DNA from: Anthoceros angustus | Lineage: Eukaryota > Plantae > Anthocerotophyta | Direction of reading: 5' to 3' | Assembly: GCA_010909165.1 (NCBI GenBank) | Contig: MU008185.1 | Span: forward strand, 186,001 to 250,000 | DNA length: 64,000 nucleotides | Shown: positions 61,640 through 64,000 of the stretch, one piece after another | Position numbering within the stretch: the stretch's first letter is position 1 | How the letters are laid out: every line of letters starts with the position of its first letter | Position numbers and translations under genes: made by a program | The notes under the pieces: generated by a model | Seen by the model: the letters and a program-made list of their open reading frames with translations, nothing else | Databases searched by the model: none | What the model was told of the DNA's origin: nothing

Positions 61640-62200
61640 ACCTTTGGCCTATTCCCTCTCTACTTGCAACTATATAATGACCCTGGGGCCCATATGGCTT
61701 GCGCTGTCCTGCTGGTGGGCAGCGCATTGCTACACATGACGCCATCCGGGATCATGTTCTCGGTGGCCAAGGAGGGCGGCTTTTTTCCCTATAGGCAGCG
61801 TCCCTACACCTTTCTCATTGGTCTGTCTCTCAAGGTTGACCTTTTCTTGACCCGGAGGAACCAGGTTTCTGTCGCCGATGTGGTTGTAACGGACCCCACC
61901 CAGGATAGTGTCTGTGAACACGTTGTCCTCAACCCCCCGGGTTGGGTGGCGGAAGGCTGCGCGATGACCAAGGTCCACAAGTACTCTCCTATGCAGAACG
62001 GCCATACTTTTATCCCCCTCGCCATTGAGACTCACGAGGCCATGGGTCGGGACTTCTCGAAGTTCCTCAAGGGCCTGTGCTAAGGCTTACCACGATTGCA
62101 GGAATGGGGTTGGTCTCCCCCTTTCTTATATTGTGTCTTTCTTCAGGCAGCGGGTGTCTATCGCCCTGCAGAGGGCGTTGGCGAACGCGGAGTACAAGAC
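61640..62200 (+). mobile_element. CRE/RLE-type non-LTR retrotransposon C-terminal fragment
   Basis: H..C..GGQRIATHDAIRD zinc-knuckle region (across a frameshift), then VDL...ADVVVTDP...KVHKY...FIPLAIET...FFRQRVSIALQRA restriction-like endonuclease motifs. Confidence 0.8.
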
Positions 62201-62589
62201 AACGAGTAGCACAGGGGAGACGGCTCTCTTCGGTGGCGGTGGTAGATAGGCTCTTTCTTATTCCCGATCTTGAGATATCTGAGCGTAGGTAGTTTTGAGA
62301 AACGCGATAACGGGAGTTCGTCCCCCTTGGCCTGGTGCCCTTTGTTAGGTTCACCCTTTTTTTCGTTGTAGATGGTGTTTTATCCATCTCTTTTCTTTCT
62401 ACATAAAGTCTCCTCGAGTCTCACAAGAAAACTTTTTTGATCAGCTCTAAGATCATTATTTGCAATGTTCAAATGATGTACTCGTGAGTCCTTCATAAAT
62501 GGATAGAGCAAGAATAGAGAGGTTTTATTCAGAATCGCTACATCCTGGACAGCTGGCTCTTGCTGCGGGAGGTTAAGTTTTCTATTTCT

Positions 62590-62955
62590 CAGCAGCAAGT
62601 TCCAACAGTCCTCCTATTATTGGACTTTTACAAGGCTTACGACACTGTGGAGTGGCACTTCTTGTGGCGATGCTTGAGAAACTTTAGCTTTGGAAGTAAT
62701 TTCTGTCGGTGGGTAGCTATTCTCAGTAAAGATGCAGGAGCTAAAGGTTTAGTGAATGGCTCTTCCACGGACAGGTTTCGGATCACCCGTTCCGTGTGGC
62801 AGGGATGCCCTCTTGCTCCCTTCCTTTTCATCATTATCTCAGATTTCCTAATCCGAGCTATCAAGCAGGATCCGGAGTTCGCAGGCGTCCCAGCCCCAAA
62901 TGGTTCTTCCATGAAAATTTCAGCCTTTGCTGATGATACCATGTTATTTTCCTAG
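62590..62955 (+). mobile_element. LINE (L1/Tx1-like) reverse transcriptase fragment
   Basis: LDFYKAYDTVEW, QGCPLAPFLF and FADD motifs; truncated at both ends. Confidence 0.92.
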
Positions 62956-63046
62956 AGTTTGCACAGTATTTAACAGTAATATGCTATGCCGAATTCTCAT
63001 GTGAAGTGTTTTTCCACACTAGTTGATAATAATCTTCAAACATGAA

Positions 63047-63483
63047 GATAAGCAAAGGAGATGCGTAGCGGCCGAGAGGGATGACATACACCATGGACAC
63101 CGTCAGCTTAGGGCGGGTTTACCACGTCGCCGCTGGTTGTACATAGCTGAATAGTATAGCCAGTATGGCCAACAAGAGCGATGACGGCCTCAATAACATG
63201 GCGAAAAGAGCCAACAATCAAGATGGGAGACCTTTGTCAGCTCAACTGGTGCGTACTTAATTAAAACCAATGTTCAAAAATAATGCATGCAAGTTGGCTA
63301 CAATAAGAGACCCTAAGCATACATATATACTTCAACATAGTGACTGCAAAACCTTCCAACGTAGAGAGAGAAAACCTTCAAATAGAGAGATAAGCAAGGG
63401 AGTTGCATAGCGGCCGAGAGGGATGACATACACCATATACACCATCAGCTCAGGGCGGGTTTACCACATCGCCGCTGGTCGTA
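63047..63483 (+). repeat. ~95 bp diverged direct repeat (63047-63141 and 63389-63483)
   Basis: Shared agcggccgagagggatgacatacaccat...agggcgggtttaccac. Confidence 0.9.
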
Positions 63484-64000
63484 ATATGAGTAATCAATAA
63501 ACGGATATGGGTTCTTGATGATCTGGTGCGCACGGTTTGTCTTGTGGCACCACTTTTCCCTCCGGATGATTGGTGATTGGTGATATACTCCTTCGAGCTT
63601 GCTGCCGTTGCCCTTTGAGCTGGCCGCTGTAGCCTTTCAAGCTACCTAATGTATGATATCAAGTTGCTCTTAATACATTATCTCTCAAGATATCTTGGTT
63701 GAGTAAACAATGCCAATGCTCTACATGAACAATTTTGAATTGATTTAGATTCTCTAAATCAAAAATATTACTAATATTATCTTTCTACAATCCGGACAAC
63801 AATGGGTTCTACCAAGTAGCAACATATACGATGAAAAACTTTCCTAGTGAAGCTTGCCTGCTCATTCTATAAGCCATAGCAAAAAATGGTAACATTCTAT
63901 GCCATTCTATTTATTCATTATCAAACAGTATCCTTGAATGCTTTCTTACATGTTTGTACCATCTTGTCTCTAAGTCCATGAGCATTTGGGTGATTTCTAG

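Overview
Eukaryotic land-plant DNA; short introns and single-domain DUF26 genes suggest a compact-genome seed-free lineage, but the taxon is not provable here. RIGHT HALF (about 32.4-64 kb) is ordinary: a Ty1/copia remnant with an antisense extra ORF, L-galactose dehydrogenase, RRP12, a cryptochrome with an unusual short tail ending CCCFF, a DUF26 gene plus a decayed paralog flanking tRNA-Gly(CCC), an AT-rich orphan Cys-rich secreted ORF, a dirigent gene, a GTF2H2/p44 pseudogene, NAD-IDH catalytic subunit, eIF4B and two non-LTR retroelement fragments. LEFT HALF (1-32.4 kb) is a scrambled, indel-riddled mosaic of multi-kb inverted and tandem copies, probably in part a fold-back or unpolished-read artefact. 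Reading across the frameshifts reveals a probable large mobile locus: a Sola-like DDD/E transposase (IDGMDQ, LDNTCGENKN, GHTHDQID), two diverged beta-class N4C/N6A DNA methyltransferase-like genes (one directly behind the transposase, one fused to a ParB/Srx-like GGNH domain), a divergently oriented JmjC-like dioxygenase (HxD...WFHAV) and a RING-like finger. This candidate transposon-borne epigenetic writer/eraser module is the most interesting signal. All domain calls were made by eye from motifs, with no database search.
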